Shown piece by piece: positions 11,026 through 26,940 of a DNA stretch of 64,000 bases. Position 1 is the first letter of the stretch. Every line of letters starts with the position of its first letter. The notes beneath the pieces were generated by a model, which saw only the letters and a list, made by a program, of their open reading frames with translations, had not been told where the DNA came from and did no database searches. The position numbers were made by a program, and so were the translations under genes. The stretch is from the NCBI GenBank assembly GCA_002104945.1, contig MCFH01000003.1, forward strand, positions 682,001 through 746,000. Reading direction: 5' to 3'. Source of the DNA: Piromyces finnis finn. Its lineage: Eukaryota > Fungi > Neocallimastigomycota.

Positions 11026-13901
11026 ATATGTATATAAGGCTTTGTCAAACCAAAAGTATAGAGATTTTATAGAAAAATTTGGTGATGTAGGTTTGATAAC
11101 AGGAGATATAACCATAAACCCTAATGCTAGTTGTTTAGTAATGACAACAGAAATTTTAAGATCTATGCTCTACAGAAGTAATGATATTATAAAGGAAATT
11201 TCATGGGTAATTTTTGATGAAATCCATTATATGCAACATATTGGTGAGTAAGAATCCACACATATATATTTTATTTTTTATTTTTTTTTTAGAAATATAA
11301 ACATTTATTATTAATGAAAAAAAAAAGTGAAATTTCATTTAAAATTAGTATTAATTTTTTTTAAATTATGAAATCATTAATATTGAATTATAAAGAGAGA
11401 GGTGTTGTATGGGAAGAAACAATTATCCTTATACCTTCACAAGTTCGATTTATATTTCTATCAGCTACTATACCAAATGCAACCCAATTTGCTGAATGGA
11501 TATGTAAAATTCATAAACAACCTTGTCATGTTATTTATACTGATTATCGACCAACTCCTTTACAACATTATGTTTTTCCATTAAATGGTGAAGGTATTTA
11601 TAATGTAATGGACGGAGAAAATAAATTCCATAATAGTAATTTTAATAAAGCTATGACTGTATTGGAAAACCAAATCCACGAGAACGAATCAAAACAACAA
11701 AAAAAATGGAAAAATAATTCAAAAGGTAAATTATTATTATTTATAATTAAAACATTTTTAAATAATAACTAATATTGGTAATAATATATATATTATAATA
11801 TATGTATTTTTTTTTTGAAAAAAAGATTACACAAACATATTCAATATAGTAAAAATGATTATATCAAAAAATTATCAACCTGCAATCGTTTTCTCATTTT
11901 CAAAAATGGATTGTGAAGCTCTTGCAGTTCAACTAGCAAAATTTGATTTTAATAATGATAATGAAAAAAATATGATTGAAGAAATTTTAAAAAATGCTAC
12001 AGCATCCTTATCTGATGAAGAATATCAACTATATCAAATTCAAAATATGATTCCAATTTTAAAAAGAGGTATTGGAGTTCATCATTCTGGTTTATTACCT
12101 CTTCTTAAAGAAATTATTGAAATTCTTTTTCAGGAAGGTTTAGTTAAAGTTTTATTTGCTACTGAAACATTTTCAATTGGTCTTAATATGCCGGCTAAAA
12201 CTGTTGTTTTTTCAAAACTAAAAAAATTTGATGGTACTAGAAGACGTTGGCTAAATAGTGGAGAATATACACAAGTAAGCATAATGAATAATGTTATTAC
12301 TATTCTTTTTTTTTTTTCTTTAATTTATTAATATTTTTTATTCAAAATGCTCTTAATATTTCTATTTGTAATATACATTTAAAAGATGAGTGGAAGAGCT
12401 GGTCGTAGAGGTCTTGATGATTATGGTATTTCAATTTTGATGATGGATGAAGTTATGGAACCAGAAGATGCTAAAGAAATTATCAGTGGAGGTTCTAATG
12501 AACTTAATAGTGCCTTCCATATAAAATATAGTATGGTTTTAAATTTATTACGTTTGGAATATGTTAAACCAGAAGTTATTCTAGAAAACAGTTTTTATCA
12601 ACATCAAAATAGACAAACAGTACCAAGTTTAGAGAAGGATTTAAAGAATCTACAAAATCAAACATCTTTAATAAAAATTGATAATGAAGAGAGCATAGAA
12701 GAATATTATGATATCTATAAACAACTAGAAATTTATAAAGAAGATTTTAAATCTGTCATCAATCATCCAGCTTATATTCTCCCATTTTTACAATCAGGAA
12801 GACTTGTCCATATTAAAGTAAATCATCAAAATGAATTAGATAATGAAATCAATACTAAAAACATTTTAAATGAATATCAAGATACAAGTGAAGATTTTGG
12901 ATGGGGTATTTTGGTCAATTTCCAAAAGTGTTATGCCCAAGTTAAAGGTAGTGATGTAAAGTCAGAATTAGAGGGAAATCGTTATATTATTGATGTTTTA
13001 TTACTGTGTAAATCAGGAACTGAAAGTGAACATCTAAAACCGACCCCATGTGAAGAAGGAGAAAAAGGTGATGCTATTGTTGTTCCATGTGATTTAAGTT
13101 CTGTAGAAGAAATAAGTTCTGTGCGTGTATTTCTTCCAAAAAATTTAAAAAACTTAGAGTCAAGAAATCAAATGGCAAAGATTATTTCTCAAGTTTCTGA
13201 AAATTTCCCAAGTGGTATTCCGCTTTTAGATCCAGTAGATGATTTAAAAATTAATGATGATTCTTTTGATCAATTGATCAAGGTAATTACTATTATAAAT
13301 AATTAAAAATAATATATATATATATATAATGCTATTATTATATATAATGACAAAACGTTTTATTAAATAAATATCCTTGTATTTTTATTTCATTTTTTAA
13401 ATATTATGATTCTCTAACCGACAGAAAATTGAAATATTAGAAAAAAGATTATTCGAACATCCCTTACATGATACCCCTGAATTAGAAAATCTTTATGAGT
13501 TATATGATAAAAAAGTTATTCTTAATAAAAAAATAAAATATATGAAGAAACAAGTAGAAAAAATGAAAAATATATTAAAATTAGATGAATTAAAATATAA
13601 AAAAAGAGTTCTTAGAAGGTTTGTTTTATTTTTATTAAGACTTTTTCTTTTTATTAATCTTTGTAGATATATCATATTAATTTAATATTATGAAATTATA
13701 AAATAGACTTGGATTTTTATCTTCCTCTGGAATTTTAGAATTAAAAGGTCGTGTTGCATGTGAAATTCTTACAGGTGATGAATTGGTTATTACTGAGATG
13801 CTTTTTGATGGTGCATTTAATGATTTAACTATTCCACAAATAATATCGATATTAAGTTGTGTAGTATTCCAAGAAAAGGTATATATATATATTTTAGTTA
13901 A

Positions 13902-13932
<31 letters not shown>

Positions 13933-14521
13933 CCAATAATATATAAGTAATATTAATAAAAAATGTTATGTAAATTAATGATGTATTGAATTATTATTAA
14001 CAATATTTTTAATTTAAAATAGGTTAAAAATGAAGAAGTAACCATAAGGACAGACATGTTAAAACCTTATAAGCAATTAATTGATATTGTGAGAAAAGTG
14101 TTTAAAATTAGTGTTGAATCTAAATTAGAATTAGATGAAGAAACGTATATTAAAAGCTTTAGTAAACATTTTATAAATGTAGCCTATGCTTGGGGTTCTG
14201 GAGAATCTTTCTCAAATATATGTAAGCTAACCAGTATGTATGAAGGTTCAATTATTCGAGTTATTAAGAATATAGATGAACTTTTAAAGCAATTAGTCAA
14301 TGCCGCCCATGTTATTGGTAATACTGAATTAGAAAATAAGTTTAAAGAAGGTAATTATTACATCATCATCATTATTATAATTATTATATAATTATCCAAA
14401 TATAACATTAATGAATATTAAATATATATATATATATATATATACAACATTTCAAACAATGAATATAGCTACAAAAATACATCATAGAGGAATTGCATTT
14501 TCAGCAAGTTTATATTTATAA
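10190..14521 (+). CDS. MTR4: Ski2-like DExH RNA helicase MTR4/DOB1 (exosome/TRAMP cofactor), ~10 exons
   Basis: Spliced motifs [73 protein letters not shown], arch/KOW insertion and C-terminal YEGSIIR...IAFSASLYL*. Confidence 0.92.
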
Positions 14522-15059
14522 GCTCTATTAATTATTACTATTGTGTCATCATCTTTTAAATTTTTTAATATTTATATAAGTTTTAAGTAAACAAATGGAG
14601 CAAGTAACAAAAGTTATATTATTGGTTTTATTTAATAAAAATTATAATTAAAATAAAATATTTAAAATATACTTTAAGTTTATTGTAAATTTGTAAATAT
14701 GTAATATTTTTGTTAACTATCTTTTTATTTATTTATTAAAAGAAAATGGTATCATTGTAGAATATATTTACAATTGATTAGGATTAATGATTAATTTATA
14801 TTTATAGTAGAATTATGTGTATATAGAAAAAAAAAAGTTCAAAAATAAATTTTTGAATTAATAAATTCCAATATTATTTATGTTGATTTAAAAAAAAAAT
14901 AAATAAATTATAATTGTTGTTGATAAGATATAAAATGGGTTAAACATGGTAGAATAAAACTTATATAACCATAAGGTCAATAATTTGATTAGTTAAATTG
15001 TATTGTAATAAATTTATGAAAAATGATTTAATTTATATTTTAAAATTTTTGGTGTCATA

Positions 15060-15554
15060 TTATTGTTTATCATCATCTGGTCTGTTTGTTAAACGCTTCT
15101 TTCCCTTAATATTCATTTCAGGTTCTTCAAATAAAGTTCTTGCTTTTCTTAAATCTTCTTGCATGATTAATAATTCCTTACATCTAGCTAATTTCTTTGG
15201 ATCCTTTCTTAAAATGTACAAGAAATCATCTGTAATAATCTTTCCTCTTTTATGACCAACTCTCGCAACCTTTGTACACTATATCAAACGTGAAAAATAT
15301 TCAATTTATTATTATTATCATTTATTTATATTTATTATGAAAGAAGAAAAAGTTTATGTTTTTTATAATATAAAATATATAATTGTATATATAATACATA
15401 TATAAATTTAAGTATTTACAATATCTTGAAGGTAATTATATAAAATATCTTCTAATAATTCAGCAGAATCCTGTCTTGGGTTTTGAACATCACCAAAACC
15501 ATACATTAACAACTTTATTTCTTTTGTAAATTGATGCTTTCTCTTTTCCTTCAT
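15060..15554 (-). CDS. TAF13: TFIID subunit TAF13 (histone-fold), 2 exons (15554-15420, 15278-15060)
   Basis: Translation MKEKRKHQFTKEIKLLMYGFGDVQNPRQDSAELLEDILYNYLQDICTKVARVGHKRGKIITDDFLYILRKDPKKLARCKELLIMQEDLRKARTLFEE...; MYGFGD and FxxRKDPKKLAR are TAF13/TFIID-18kDa signatures. Confidence 0.92.
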
Positions 15555-15901
15555 ACCGATGAAATATAAAAGTATACTTTATTTTTCTAAATAAAATAAA
15601 AAAAAAAGTGTATACTTTTATTAATAATTTTGGATAAAATTTGTGATGATTTTATTGGTTGATTATATTACTTATACACATTATTATGATTATTATTTTT
15701 TTTAATTTTGTTAATGAACAATTAATATATATATTTTTTTTTATTTTTATTTTTGGAAAAGTTATTTAACAACAATATACCTGAAATCTCATTTTATTGG
15801 AAATCACTTATAATAATACCAGTTTTATTCTTATTATTATAAACCATTTTTCTTTATAATTATCATTTATATTATTATTATTATTATTTTTAAAATAAAA
15901 A

Positions 15902-17769
15902 ATGACTGTTTCATTAGAAAAAAGTTTTGTAGAAGTGGATAATAAAAAAGTTCCAGCTTTAGATCCAACTTTAATAAAAAAATACAGTGACATTTCTCTT
16001 GATTTATATACACCTTATCATATTGCTGTAACATTACTAAATAATACTCCGTTAGATGAACAAATTAAAAGTAGAGAAATTTATTTAAATAAACAAATAG
16101 GAAGTATTAAACAACTTTTACAAATGAATTTTTCTACATTTTGGAATTTTATATTGAATAGAAAAGAAAAATCAAATAATGATATTTACAATTCTAGTCT
16201 TCAAGTCATAAATTTTATTGAAAATTATTGTAGAGGTTGTATTGAATGGATTCAGACAGTAAAGATAAATAGACAAAAAGAAAAAAATAGTCAAGAAGAA
16301 AACTGGGAGTATATTGATATGCCAGATAATATATGTAAATTAGAAAGTGAACTCTCACAATATATATTTTCTTTAGTTACTCGTATTTCATTCCTTGAAG
16401 ATAACAATAAATATAACGATAGTGTTTCTAAAGAAAATAATTCTTGGTCAAAACAAGCCTATGAATTAAATATTAAGAAATATAATATTTTCAGTATACC
16501 CTTTTTATTTGATTTTATTAATTTATATTATGAAAGTAATACAAGAGTGGTAAGAGAAGTTCTTTCACAAATCATTAACATCCATCCTTCTTTTAATCAA
16601 GATATTAAATCATCAGTACAATTAACAAAAAAACTATCAGAAATGTTAACGTTACAAATAAAAAAATTACCAATTCTTTTAATGTCAGCTGACGAACAAT
16701 TTCAACAGTTATTGAGTGCTGTAGAGGAAGTTGTTCAAATATATTCAATTTTATTAGAAATAATAAATAATAATGCAGTACAAGAAGTACTTTTTAAAGA
16801 TGGTTCATTTATTAAATCATTAATTCTATTATATCAAGTTTGGTGTGACGTTCCAAATGACAGTATAAAGTCAAATCAAGGTGTCAACAATGTTTATATG
16901 GAAATTGTAAAAGAATTTAAAGAAACGGCTTTACACATTTTATTTATTCATCTTAAATTGAATTATTTCGATAAAATTATGTCGAATATAAAGGAATCAA
17001 GTCAATTATGTTCAGGTTTAAAGGATTTATTAATTGAAATTCTTGATATTACCTCTGAAAATTCAGATGATGCTATGAAAAAGTCAGTATATATGGAAAA
17101 TAGTTTATATATTGTTGATTTTGATGTTCGTTATGGTTTAGTCGATGAACTCAAGGAATTAATAAATAAAAATCAAAATGCTTCTTTCAAAGATATTGTA
17201 AAAAACATTGATTTATTAATTAGTCAAAGTGAAAATCAAGATACTAGATCATCAATAAATTCAACCCATGTAAGATTTTATTTTTTATTTTATTTTTTCA
17301 TTATTATTATATATACATATATATATTAATTCTATTTATTTTTATTTATCTAATTAATAAAATATAAATATATAAAATATTTTTGTACACTTTAATATAT
17401 ATATTAAATACAAAAAGGATACGAATGCTGGATTTGACGATGAATATATAAATAGAACCGTTTTAATTTCTCAAGTTCAAGAATTATTTCCAGATCTTGG
17501 TGATGGATTTATTGATCAATGTCTTAATGAATTTAATAATAATCCTGAAACTGTTATCGCCAAACTTTTAGATAATGATTTACCAGAAAATATTAAAAAT
17601 CTTAGTAGAACATCAAAAAGGTATGAAATTTTCATTTCTAATAATATACATATTAGTATAATATATTAATTATTATTTTTTTTATAAACTACTAAAAGAA
17701 AAAAGATAAATGTTTCTATACCATCCGAATTTTCAAAACCATTACCATCTCAATTAGAAGGTATTTTTT

Positions 17770-17800
<31 letters not shown>

Positions 17801-19486
17801 TATTATTTTTTTCTTATAAATTATTATTATTATTATTATAAATTAACTTTACAAAAATATATACTATTTAATATTTATTATAAAAATATTAGAAATGAAT
17901 GATAAGATCAACGAAAATCCAACTATTGATGAAATTCTCAAGAATAGAAGAAATATATTTGATAATGATGAATTTGATATCCTTAGAAATGGAAATGTTG
18001 ACATGAGTAAGGTTATTCTTGGTAAAAAGAAGTATGTATTAAAATTTAGTTTATTATAAAAAAATAATATATTTCAATGAATCATTTATAAATTTCTTTA
18101 TTTTTATCTATTAATTAATTATATATTATTAACCCAAATAATATTATTTCTTATCATTTTAATTAAAAAAAAAAAAAAAAATCTAGTCGTGGTACTTTTG
18201 AAAAAATCTTTGATGATAAATCAAAAGTTAATAAAGAAAGAATTCATTCAATTGTTAATCATTATGATATGTATGATGATGAATATGATGATACTTGGGA
18301 TGGAATTAATGAATTTAACGTTAATATTGATAATAATAATGATGATAAGGATAAGGATGCTGAAGGAGATGAAAAAGTAATTAATATAACACATATTTAA
18401 TAATTATAAATAATAATAGATGATATAAAAATTTATTTTATCAAATACTTGAATATTAATTTTATTTAATGTATTAATTTTTTTTTCTTCCGTAATAAAT
18501 TTATATATTATTATATAATAGACAAAGAAACAAGAACGTAATGATACTGGTGGATCTTCTGATCCAGGTGTTATATATAAGGCTACTTTAATGAAATGGT
18601 TAGAAAGTAATCCAGATGTTTTCCTTAGAAATAATAGAAAATCAAAGTATCGTAAGCAATTAATTGACGAAACTGGTATGTCTAATGAACAAATTGAAGG
18701 ATGGTATTCTATGTATCAACGTAATAAGGTAAGAAAAGTAAAAATAAATAAATAAATCATGACATCAATATACTTTAATAAAAATTAAGATAAAATGAGT
18801 CGAAAGAAAAAAAAAAAATAAATAATAGTTTAATTTATATTTAATACTATTTTATTTTATTCATTATTTTTATTCATTAATTTTTATATTTGCTTTATTA
18901 AAATTGAAATAAATAAAAAAAAAAAAAAAAAAAAAAAAAAAAGAAAAAGCGTGATGAAGCAAAGAATAAATCCAAGAATAATAACAACAGTAACAATTCA
19001 AAGCCATCATCACCAACAGAATCTTTATCTGATAATAACAAAACCAAGGTAGAAAATGAAAAAGGAACTAATGGTAATGCTAACAACAATAATCATAATA
19101 GAAACCGTTCTAATAAAAGTAACAATGGAAGTGGTAATAATAATAATAAAAACCAAAATAATAATAACAAGAATCAAGATAATAAAAATAGGAATAATAA
19201 TAGTGACAATAAAAACAAAAACGATGATAAAAAGAATACAAATGAAAAAGAAGGAAAAAGTAACAATAATAAAAACAATAATAATAACAACAATAAAAAT
19301 AATAATAATCGTCGCAACAACAATAACAGAGGAAATAAAGCCAAGGGAAAAGATGGTGATAATAATGATTCTTCTGAAAAGTCCAATAAACCTCAATATT
19401 CCAAGAAACGTTCCGATGCCGATAATCATTTCCGTAAAGCCGGTCGTCAACGTAAATTAAACTTTATGATGGGAGGTTTTGAATAG
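15902..19486 (+). CDS. ASCC2: ASCC2/Cue3-like CUE-domain protein (ribosome quality-control trigger / ASC-1 complex), multi-exon
   Basis: Large helical first exon; CUE domain ISQVQELFPDLGDGFIDQCLNEFNNNPETVIAKLLDNDLP; RRNIFDNDEFDI; YDDEYDDTWDG; basic C-terminus NHFRKAGRQRKLNFMMGGFE* after an Asn/Lys-rich tract. Confidence 0.82.
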
Positions 19487-20814
19487 ATAAAAAAAAAAAA
19501 AAGTTGTATTATTTCATTTATTTATTCTTTATAATTATATATTGTAGTAGTTCATTCCTTATAACCTTAATGATTTAAAACTATTTATCATTAGATTTTT
19601 TAATATATATATAATATATAACTATGTATATATTTTCAATATTTATTGTAAAATGTATGGTGATTAATACACAAATTTTAATTTTTTAATTTCAATAAAT
19701 TAAAACGAAGTATTTTTTTTTTTTTATATGTATAAAAATTTGAAATATATATATATATATTTATAAAATTAAATATTAAAAGTATACATTCTATATTACC
19801 TATGAAATATATTAAAAAATGAATAATAAATGTTTATTTTAGAATATATATATATGCATTTTAAGAGTTGATACCAAAAAAAAAAAAAAAAAAAAGGTTA
19901 TATAAAGTATAGATTTTTTTTATTTGTTGTTACCATGTTGTGTCGTTTTTTTTTTATGAAGAGTGAAGTAGATACAAGCAAATATTAAATCCAAAACTTC
20001 TCCTATATGAAATATTATTATGACAATAGGTATATTAATTCTTTTTATTTATTTAATAACCAAGCAGAACAAACAATTGAAAATAGATAAGTTTTTTTTT
20101 TTTTTTTTTTATTCTAAGAATTTTAATATTAGATCATTTTATCAAAGAATTAGTGGGTAAAGAATATGAAAGAATACTTGGAATTGATATTTATATATTT
20201 TAAGCATTTCATTTCTGTAAGTATTGAAAGAATGGATCATCTTTCAACACTTTTCAATTTCAAAAAATTTATTATCCTTTACTAGTTGAAAAAAAAAAAA
20301 AAAAAAAAAAATACTTTTGTTAAAATAATATATATATATATAATAATATTATTTCATAATTATAATAAAAGTAAATCAGGTATATCATTTAATTAAATGA
20401 AAAGTGTGAGATAATTTTTCAAATAATTATATATATATATATAAATTTCTTTCATTAACAATTCAATTCAATTTGATTTATATAAAATGAGTACATTTAT
20501 ACCCCAAAATACTATTATTATGGTAATGCCAACAATAATATAAAAATAAAAATACATTAATTATTTTCAAAAAAAGATAGTATAGTATATTATTAATTTT
20601 AATTTGTTTCTAATTTTTTTTATTATATTATTATATTATTTTAACTTTAAAGGTTAGTTCTATGATAAAGGAATAAAAAATAAAAGTATTGATGTGGTTT
20701 TTGTCATTAAAAAAAAAAAAAAAAAAAAAGGAAAATACGGGTTTTTATTGTATTATTAAATAATAATCATGGGTTATAATGACTTTTAAAATAGGTATTC
20801 TATATGGATGATGT

Positions 20815-22866
<2,052 letters not shown>

Positions 22867-24683
22867 TTATACTATATATAGTCTATTTTATTAGAAAAAT
22901 GTGATGAAAAAAATAATATTTTATGTATTAAACTAACACATTACTGACAAATATGTAAATAATAATGTTTTTGAAAAAAAGAGTATGCGTGACTGATATA
23001 ATTCTATATATCTAATTATAAAAATGCTTATCTAAAATAAAATATTGAATATTATTCATTTATATAGTGAATTCAATTTTGTTTTTTAATTATATATGTA
23101 TATGTATATATATATTATTAATAAATATCTATTTTTAAATATTTTAACTAGTGTTTTTACGACTTTTTTTTCATAACTAGATATATTATTAATATAATAG
23201 CTTTAAACTAAAAAAAAAAAAGAGGAAGAGAAATGAAAGGGTATTATAAATCAATTATTTTATTTTATTAAAATTAAAATTAAAAATAAAATATATAAAT
23301 ATACATATAAATAAAGAACTTTTATTATTTATAATTTTGTAATCGCAATTGCCAATTGAATTTTTAATGTATAATAAATTATATTAATTAAAACAAGTTT
23401 TATTTTATTAATACAATTTCTTATTTTTATAATGTCCTTGATTATTTTATTATTTAAAAAAAATTTGTACGTTTACTTTTCCTTTTTTTTTTATTTTATT
23501 ATTTATAACTTTCTCCGTAACAATTTTAAATTGTTTTTTTTTTTATACTATAAAAAGTACTCTTTTTTATATTTTTTTTTTTTCGTTTTTAAATGCATCC
23601 GTTTTGATAAAAATCATTATTTAATATTTATTCAATATATTTGCAATATATTAATGTATATTCCATTTAATTAATATTTAATTAATAGAAATTATAGTAA
23701 AACCAAAATTAAATTATTTTGTAATACATTAAAATCTTTATATTAAGAAAAAAATCAAAATGGATTTTTATTATAAAAATTTCATTTATTTATTAAGAAT
23801 AAAGTTTTCGGAATTATAATAAAAATAATATAAATAAAAAGGCTCTTGAACAAATATATTTCATTTATTAATTATTAAGGTTCAAAAATAGAAATATAAA
23901 AAAAAGGAAAAGGAAATCAATAGAAGATGATAATGAAAGATTATCCTAAGACTAATAATTGTTTATTTCATGTAATTATTGTAAATTCTAATACTATTAT
24001 TAATGGTCATCTAAGTTTATTATACTTTTTAATTTCTAAAAGACAACATTTTTTTCTTTACTGGTTAAGAAAATATTAATCAGAATTAAAATCATGTTCA
24101 AATATTTTAGGTTATTTACAACCATCCGTAAACCAAGTTTTAGTTAAAGGAAGGCTAAAAATATGTATAAAAGATTTAAAATTTATTAATATATATTTAT
24201 TATATATATTTTTATATATCGAGAGAAAAACCCCACAGACTTAATTAAAAAACTTTTAAATGATCAAATTTTTAATTAAATTTTTAAAAATTCAAAAAGT
24301 TGAAATTGTATAACGAAAGATGTTCATTATCTTAATATTTTTATTTAAAATGAAAATAAATTTAATAATTTAAAAAGAAGAAGTAGAAGTAGGATAGCTT
24401 ATATGAAATATATAGCAAACTAAAATAAAATAGAATTTTTTTTTAAAAGATAATATAAAAAAAATTATTTTTTTTTTAAAGCCATTTCGTTTTATAGTAA
24501 TTTATAATATAAATTAAGTTATATTAATTTTATATTAAATTAACTTTTTAATAAATTAATTTAATATAAATTTAATCATTGTAATATAACATTTAATTAA
24601 ACAAAATGTATACAAATTTTAAATATATTAATTTGTAATAAATTTGTCATTTTTGTACATCAATTTTCTACTCCACTTTACAT

Positions 24684-24718
<35 letters not shown>

Positions 24719-26387
24719 GGACTTAAATGTACCACTATAATTGCCATTGCAATTACACTATGTTTAAAAGTAAGAAAGAGAGGAATAATGGAATATAGAA
24801 TATAACATTATTTTTTAAAGTAGTATAAATATTGTTATTAATATTTATTCATTAGAATAAAAACTGCAAGCAAGATTATTTTCTAATGAATTTTAGGTTC
24901 TATAAATAAATTGACTATTAATTATTAATATCAATAATCAACTGAAAAATGAAAATGAATATATCTATCAATTAAAAGAAAAGTGATGAAAAAAAAAAAA
25001 AGATATTCCTTATATTTATAATATTATTAAAATAATATTGTAATTTTATTTTAGCATTTAGCATAATAGTAAAATAAAATAAAATAAAATAAAATAAAAA
25101 AAAAAACAGTTAAATATGAATATTATTTGCAAAATTATAGTATTTAAACTATCCTTGTTCATGAATAAACTATATAAAGGTTTAAATATATATATATATA
25201 TATATTATTATTATTAAAAAAAAAAAAAAGACAGAATCATGATAATAATAAAGTATTTCTTTATTTCTTTAAATTCATTTTATATTTTTAAAAGTATTTG
25301 TAGAATGGTAACATGTAAAGAACCTATTTATTTATTTCTTTTTAATTATTGAATTTTAAAATTTAATTATTATTATTTTTTTAAAAAATTTTCCTTTTAT
25401 CCTTTTTTATTTTCCTTTTTTTTTCGTTTGATGCAACTTTTTTTTTTTATTTCATTTTTCGTATATTTAATTTTCTTATTAGAAATTTCTAACATTTTTA
25501 AAATTTTTCTTGCCCAAAATGAAATTCACCCATTGATGATAAACGACGATAGGCAAATGATTAACTAATAAGAAAGTTAATATTTTTATTATTTAAAAAA
25601 AAAAAAGTTTTTTTAAATTTATGGTAATAAGCCTAAATTTGTAAAGTTGTATGTCTACAATTATATCCATAATTATGAAACGAAACTGAGACAAATTTAA
25701 ATCTATTACCAAAGAAAAAAAAAAAGAAATGAAAAAAAAAAAAACATAATTAAAATAAAATAGAATAAAAAAAGTATATAAATAGTTTGGTGTTTTATTT
25801 TTTAGTGATACTATTTAAATAATTAGTAAAATAGTAATTTTGATAAAAGTATTTATTATATAAAAAAGATAACTAAATAATATTATATATATATATATAT
25901 TATTGTTATATTTGATGTAAATAATATTAATAAACTTTTCTTAAAGTTTGTAATAAATATATACATATATATAAACAATCACTTATTTATTAATAATAAA
26001 AGAATGATGAAAGATTAAAAGTCATTAATTGTATCTCTTAATATGAAAATAAAGTATATAAACTAACATATCCATCAATATCAATAATAAAGTTGTACGA
26101 TAATTAGTAATTGAGCAGATAAAATTACTTATAGGCATTCTCAAGTGAAAGGTATAAAACATAAATGAAAATAAAATTTAATGACAGAGATGCTGTTACT
26201 TTATTATGAGGAACTAGAGTTTAATTTAGGCTGATCCACTAACAAATTTCATATTATTAAAGTAAATATGTAATATTTTTCTTTTTATAACCTACTTGGG
26301 GAAAAATAAAAAAAGTCTTTTATTTATAATCTTGAAAAAACTTATATACAATAAATTCAAAAAAAAAGAAATAGTATACATAAAGTA

Positions 26388-26422
<35 letters not shown>

Positions 26423-26940
26423 TATTTTAATTAATTATTAGAATATAATAATTAGAAATAATGAAAATATATCATATCAATCTTTAATAAAATAACAATA
26501 TTTAACAATAATAAATAGTATCCTTTATCATTTATCATTCATTATTCACCATTCACTATTTCATTATTATTTCTTTTTTTTTTTTTTTTTCTTTTCTAAC
26601 CTAAAAATACTTTATTATAAAATGTAAAAAGTGTCAATATTTTTATTTTATTAAATTTTTAATATTAAATTTTTACTTTTTACCAATTTTTTTTTTAATA
26701 AAATTTCTTCAATTTTAACCAATATATTATATAATTTTAAACTATATTAAATTAAATTAAAAAATTACAATTTAAATTCTTGTTAATATTCCTCCTGCCT
26801 AAAATTGAAATCAAAATAAAATTAATTCAAAATTCTTATAGAATTCCTGTAATAATTTTTGGATAAAACAGTAACAGTAAAATATAAATCAAATTTTAAA
26901 TAATTAAATACTACAAAAGAGATAAATAAATTGTTGAAAA

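Noticed and set aside
19025-19460. Three overlapping I/T/L-rich ORFs
   Set aside because: Alternative frames of the Asn-rich last exon of ASCC2.
10190-19486. MTR4 next to ASCC2 as a functional RNA-surveillance cluster
   Set aside because: ASCC2 partners ASCC3/Slh1, not Mtr4; adjacency of housekeeping genes needs no explanation without synteny evidence.
20221-20250. Hairpin TTGAAAG...CTTTCAA
   Set aside because: Short stem expected by chance in AT-rich DNA.
26000-26240. Possible C/D-box snoRNA (ATGATGA ... CTGA)
   Set aside because: Boxes too far apart, no terminal stem or recognisable guide.
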